A stretch of DNA of 20,000 bases from an uncultured virus (IMG/VR IMGVR_UViG_3300034069_001183) (lineage: Duplodnaviria; Heunggongvirae; Uroviricota; Caudoviricetes), in IMG/VR virus record IMGVR_UViG_3300034069_001183; one strand, given 5' to 3'. Below, piece by piece: positions 16,681 to 20,000 of the stretch. Within the stretch, counting starts at the first letter, position 1; every line of letters begins with the position of its first letter. Made by a program: the position numbers and the translations under genes. Below the pieces are notes generated by a model. That model had not been told where the DNA came from. It ran no database searches and saw only the letters and a program-made list of their open reading frames with translations.

Positions 16681-17675
16681 AATATTGAAATGTTAATATA
16701 GTTTTCCCTCGTCTCCTCAGGTAACCAAGACAAGTGAAGCCTTAAGTCACACCCAGGATTAACTGTTACTGTATTTCTTAAGAACACAGGATCACTAAGG
16801 ACACCTACATTTCTTAAGACCTCATCTATTAAGTCGATAAGTAGTCTGAAGAAAGATTTATTCCTCAGTAAGACTAGTTTTATCACTACCTTATCAAGTT
16901 CAGACAGCCCACTAAAGAGAATTGGATTACCCTCTATGTCAGTTAGCTCGAAGATTGAATTATACTGTTCATTCAACTTATTATAGAACTTAATACACTT
17001 ATCGGGACTTGACTCTTTTAGCCTTAGTCTCTTAGTATTTCTAGTCTCAGTCTTTAAGTTAAACAAGTTATACCTACTATGATGTCTTTGATCGTAAGGT
17101 ATAATATCTGCATACTTAATAACGTACTTATCATTTATTCTTATCTCTGACTTACCACTATCAATTACATAAAGATCATTGACAGGTACTATCTTAAGAC
17201 CGCCAATATTATCTCTACTAAATATCTTAGGGTAGCCAGGAATAAAATCAGGAAACCAGATCTTATTTCTATCAATACTATACACCTTCTGTAACCTCTT
17301 GAGAACTGCCTTGAACTCTTCGTAGGTATGAGGTAGTGTGTTGTTGAAAAAGATCTTGTCAACTAAGAACATTTGTAGGTACCTGTCATCCTTAACGGTT
17401 ACATAATGATCTACAATTGCTCTTCTAATTGTTTCTATTGCTTGTGGCTTTTCGTATCTATCATCCTTCAAACAATCCCAACATGGTACTTTAAAACCAG
17501 TGGGATCTAAGTATGTTAGTGGATGTCTTGAATTACCACATCTATAGCAGTACTCATTCTCACGGAGGTCCATTTCATAGTAGACCGCCATATCTAAGAA
17601 GTGAGTATTCTTTAGGTGATCTTCTATTTCACCTTTGTCAGTAAATTCATGACTGCAGATCGGACATTTGAGCAT
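16677..17675 (-). CDS. Hypothetical protein with N-terminal C2H2 zinc finger and second Cys cluster
   Basis: CPIC-x12-HLKNTH, then CYRC...CWDC. Confidence 0.75.
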   Translation of the reverse strand: MLKCPICSHEFTDKGEIEDHLKNTHFLDMAVYYEMDLRENEYCYRCGNSRHPLTYLDPTGFKVPCWDCLKDDRYEKPQAIETIRRAIVDHYVTVKDDRYLQMFLVDKIFFNNTLPHTYEEFKAVLKRLQKVYSIDRNKIWFPDFIPGYPKIFSRDNIGGLKIVPVNDLYVIDSGKSEIRINDKYVIKYADIIPYDQRHHSRYNLFNLKTETRNTKRLRLKESSPDKCIKFYNKLNEQYNSIFELTDIEGNPILFSGLSELDKVVIKLVLLRNKSFFRLLIDLIDEVLRNVGVLSDPVFLRNTVTVNPGCDLRLHLSWLPEETRENYINISIL

Positions 17676-18169
17676 CTGTTTATGTAAGTTTCAAATTCAT
17701 ACTTAATACCTTCGTCGTCCTTATAGAAACCTGACTTATAAAACATGTCAAAGCCCTCTACAAGTTTTGAATAGTGAAGGTATGTGTCTGCTTCCTTTGT
17801 GGTATGGAATCTAGTGAGGTGAATAATGTCAGTATATTCTAGGAGTTGCTTATATACACTTGCACCACCAATGATAAAGACATTAGCTTCACCACTTCCT
17901 TCTATATACTCAGTCAAGTCTTTCAAGTTCTTCATACAGACACAACCTGGTATATCAGTCTCTGTCAGTACTATATTTGTTCTACCTTCTAGTGGACCAC
18001 CTGGCAAAGAATCAAATGTCTTCCTTCCCATTACTACTGCGTGGCCCATTGTTTTCTCTTTAAACTGTTTCATATCTTCTTTATTATGAAACAAGAGACC
18101 ACCATCTTTTCCAATACCACCATTATCATCAATTGCTACGATAATGTGAATTAAACTGTTTCCAATCAT
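17624..18169 (-). CDS. folA: Dihydrofolate reductase
   Basis: IIVAIDDNGGIGKDGGL, EDMKQFKEKTMG, VVMGRKTFDSL, PLEGRTNIVL, FIIGGASVY, ADTY. Confidence 0.95.
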   Translation of the reverse strand: MIGNSLIHIIVAIDDNGGIGKDGGLLFHNKEDMKQFKEKTMGHAVVMGRKTFDSLPGGPLEGRTNIVLTETDIPGCVCMKNLKDLTEYIEGSGEANVFIIGGASVYKQLLEYTDIIHLTRFHTTKEADTYLHYSKLVEGFDMFYKSGFYKDDEGIKYEFETYINRCSNVRSAVMNLLTKVK

Positions 18170-18987
18170 ACTGCTACTTCACCTTTTATTGCTGGCCATG
18201 GATTATAACCAACTAATTCAAAATCATCTATCTTAAAATCATCAATCTTAGTCACACCTGGATTAATTTTCACCACTGGCAATTCTCTAGGCTCTCTTGT
18301 TAGTTGCTCATTAATCTGCTCTGTATGATTCAGGTAGACATGCGCAATACCAATATTATAATAGAGCTTGCCTGGTTTCTTTCCCGTTACCTGTGCAATC
18401 ATCATAAGGAGGAGAGAATAAGATGCAATATTAAATGGACAACCTAAGAATAAATCATTAGACCTCACACTCAGGTTCATATCCAAGTACTCACCCCTCA
18501 CATAGATCTGAAAGAAATTATGACAGGCAGTTAGGACAGCATCATGATTAAGACCTGCATTCCAAGAGTCAACAATAATACGTCTACTGCTTGGATCCTC
18601 CTTAATAAGTCTTATCATCTCCCCAATCTGATCAACTTCCCCGATATATTCATTCTTGCTATTGAACTTAGGGTAGTGTCTCCAAAATCTAGCATAGGGG
18701 ATAAACTTACCTGATTCTCTACTAGGTGGCCATGCATCCCAGATATGAATGTTTCTATCCACTAAGTAATCAATGCTATAACCGTCTGTGTGAAGGAAGA
18801 ATAATAACTCCTCTATCACTCCCCTGAAAAATACCTTCTTAGTAGTGAGGAGAGGAAACTTGCCTGTCGATAAGTCAAATACCATCTTCTCACTGAATAG
18901 ATTTAAAGTACCTACACCAGTTCTATCGTGCTTCTCAAGATTACCATACTTAACAACACGATCGATTAACTCTAAGTATTGTTTCAT
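18166..18987 (-). CDS. thyA: Thymidylate synthase
   Basis: DRTGVGT, FPLLTTKKVF, EELLFF, SRRIIV, ACH (catalytic Cys), RSNDLFLGCPFNIASY, HVYLNH. Confidence 0.97.
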   Translation of the reverse strand: MKQYLELIDRVVKYGNLEKHDRTGVGTLNLFSEKMVFDLSTGKFPLLTTKKVFFRGVIEELLFFLHTDGYSIDYLVDRNIHIWDAWPPSRESGKFIPYARFWRHYPKFNSKNEYIGEVDQIGEMIRLIKEDPSSRRIIVDSWNAGLNHDAVLTACHNFFQIYVRGEYLDMNLSVRSNDLFLGCPFNIASYSLLLMMIAQVTGKKPGKLYYNIGIAHVYLNHTEQINEQLTREPRELPVVKINPGVTKIDDFKIDDFELVGYNPWPAIKGEVAV

Positions 18988-19124
18988 TCCTGACCCTCCT
19001 CTTCCATCTTCTCAATTACTGCATCAATGTCTCCAAATCTAGTGCAAAGTAATCGTAAGTTGTCCATGAAATACTCCTCATTAAACTTACTACTTTGTTT
19101 AATTGAAATCTTGTACGTTGCCAT
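18984..19124 (-). CDS. Small hypothetical protein (46 aa, start reassigned to ATG 19124)
   Basis: MATYKISIKQ... follows an A/T-rich leader; ATGA overlap with thyA. Confidence 0.6.
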   Translation of the reverse strand: MATYKISIKQSSKFNEEYFMDNLRLLCTRFGDIDAVIEKMEEEGQE

Positions 19125-19192
19125 ATTATTTTTAAAATTAATATTCATACAACAATAAGGATAATAGATAGGACTAGCTACAATTATTACCA

Positions 19193-19660
19193 CTACAAGT
19201 CATTCCTCTTAGTAAACAATAACTCACAGACCATAAGCTTTGCCATTGAGAATAACATGTGGGTGTAGTCTTCGATCTTATCTACGCCGTCCTCATCGAA
19301 GTCTATTATCTCATCCTTAATTCGAACATATACGGCATTATTATAGATCGACACAGGACCCACAACTAATTCAATAATCTGTTTCAAGTCTTCCCTGCTT
19401 AAGTCTACAATTCTCAACGTCTTACCTAGTATTAATTCTGCTGATCTAACAATAACAGCAATGAGATAAGATTCAGAGACAGACTTGAGATATCTGTTAC
19501 AGAGTCCGGTTAATTTAAAAGTCTGCACAAGTCTTGAATACTGAGCCATTACATCTAAGTCTGATTGTAAGAGCTCTATTGCACTACTTGGATTTTTTAG
19601 GCCCATCTTATAATAGAGCCAATACAAAAATTTAAGCTTTACTACTTTCCAATTTATCAT
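19193..19660 (-). CDS. Hypothetical protein (155 aa, start reassigned to ATG 19660)
   Basis: MINWKVVKLKF...; the longer track ORF runs through hairpins and promoter motifs. Confidence 0.7.
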   Translation of the reverse strand: MINWKVVKLKFLYWLYYKMGLKNPSSAIELLQSDLDVMAQYSRLVQTFKLTGLCNRYLKSVSESYLIAVIVRSAELILGKTLRIVDLSREDLKQIIELVVGPVSIYNNAVYVRIKDEIIDFDEDGVDKIEDYTHMLFSMAKLMVCELLFTKRNDL

Positions 19661-19770
19661 ATAGTTAAAAATAAAAAGGGAAGAGGTGGCATGTAACACA
19701 AAAATACAACCACAACTCCTCCCAATTTGACATTGTTGATTTATTATCACATATAAGGATTCTAGGGCGA

Positions 19771-20000
19771 ACAAAAAACCTAACTCATCTATCACAGACA
19801 AGTTAGGTAAAATTTGACAGAAAAGAAACAATTGTATCAATTATAAGAGAACTAGGGCATGAGGGACGAAAAAATGCCTAACTCATTCTCACGAACAAGC
19901 TAGGCCAGAGTTCTAATATATTTAAAAAGAGCTATAAATAATCTATTACACTATTAAGGAATTGAGGGCAACAAAAAACCTAACCCATCTTCACAGACAA
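19771..20000 (-). repeat. Three related terminator-like hairpins alternating with promoter motifs, ~100-nt period
   Basis: CCTAACTTGTCTGTGATAGATGAGTTAGGTTTTTTG (19771-19807), CCTAGCTTGTTCGTGAGAATGAGTTAGGCATTTTTT (19869-19905), TTGTCTGTGAAGATGGGTTAGGTTTTTTG (19971-20000, truncated). Confidence 0.75.

Noticed and set aside
18166..18987. ThyA as a base-modifying hydroxymethylase or an intron-containing td gene
   Set aside because: ORF is continuous, keeps the dUMP-specifying Asn (PFN) and is paired with DHFR; only minor deviations such as GIAH for GDAH
1038..19042. Antisense shadow ORFs (1038, 1903, 2661, 7744, 8959, 10149, 12006, 12607, 14267, 15067, 17826, 18845) and nested 10873
   Set aside because: All overlap better-supported genes and have no recognisable motifs
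19661..19840. N-terminal 60 aa of track ORF 19193..19840
   Set aside because: Runs through hairpins and promoter motifs; ATG at 19660 is the more plausible start
1..20000. Genome-wide TAG reassignment (as in some gut phages)
   Set aside because: Long genes have no in-frame TAG, and TAG ends nfi, dnaB, folA and others at sensible positions, some directly before terminators; only one internal TAG was seen
19771..20000. CRISPR array
   Set aside because: Repeats are degenerate terminator-like hairpins with T-runs, the intervening DNA contains promoter motifs, and there are no cas genes in the window

Overview
AT-rich, gene-dense segment of a large dsDNA (probably jumbo) bacteriophage. A Bacteroidota host is inferred from the absence of Shine-Dalgarno sites, A/T-rich leaders and Bacteroides-type genes. 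The genetic code is standard. The right half is a minus-strand replication and nucleotide-metabolism block: thyA, DHFR, a zinc-finger protein, a degenerate aldo-keto reductase fold protein, primase, a UvsW-like SF2 helicase split at Walker A by a 264-nt ORF-less group I intron, a DnaB-like helicase and a RusA-like resolvase. The left part holds accessory genes (endonuclease V, HAD phosphatase, metallophosphoesterase, SLOG/DUF2493) and a ~720-nt ORF-free unit bounded by a promoter motif and a terminator (candidate large ncRNA). Between them is the only plus-strand island (5660-9650). It carries a frameshifted GIY-YIG/T5orf172-like gene and an SF2-helicase-like gene with a degenerate Walker A. 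These two genes share a ~150-aa C-terminal domain, a promoter motif, a 5' hairpin and a terminator, and flank a GC-rich multi-hairpin element. A recurring phage promoter-like motif (CTTA-N4-TG) precedes most transcription units, and an array of tiny promoter-hairpin units lies at the right end. All calls are from reading the sequence and recalled motifs; no searches were run.
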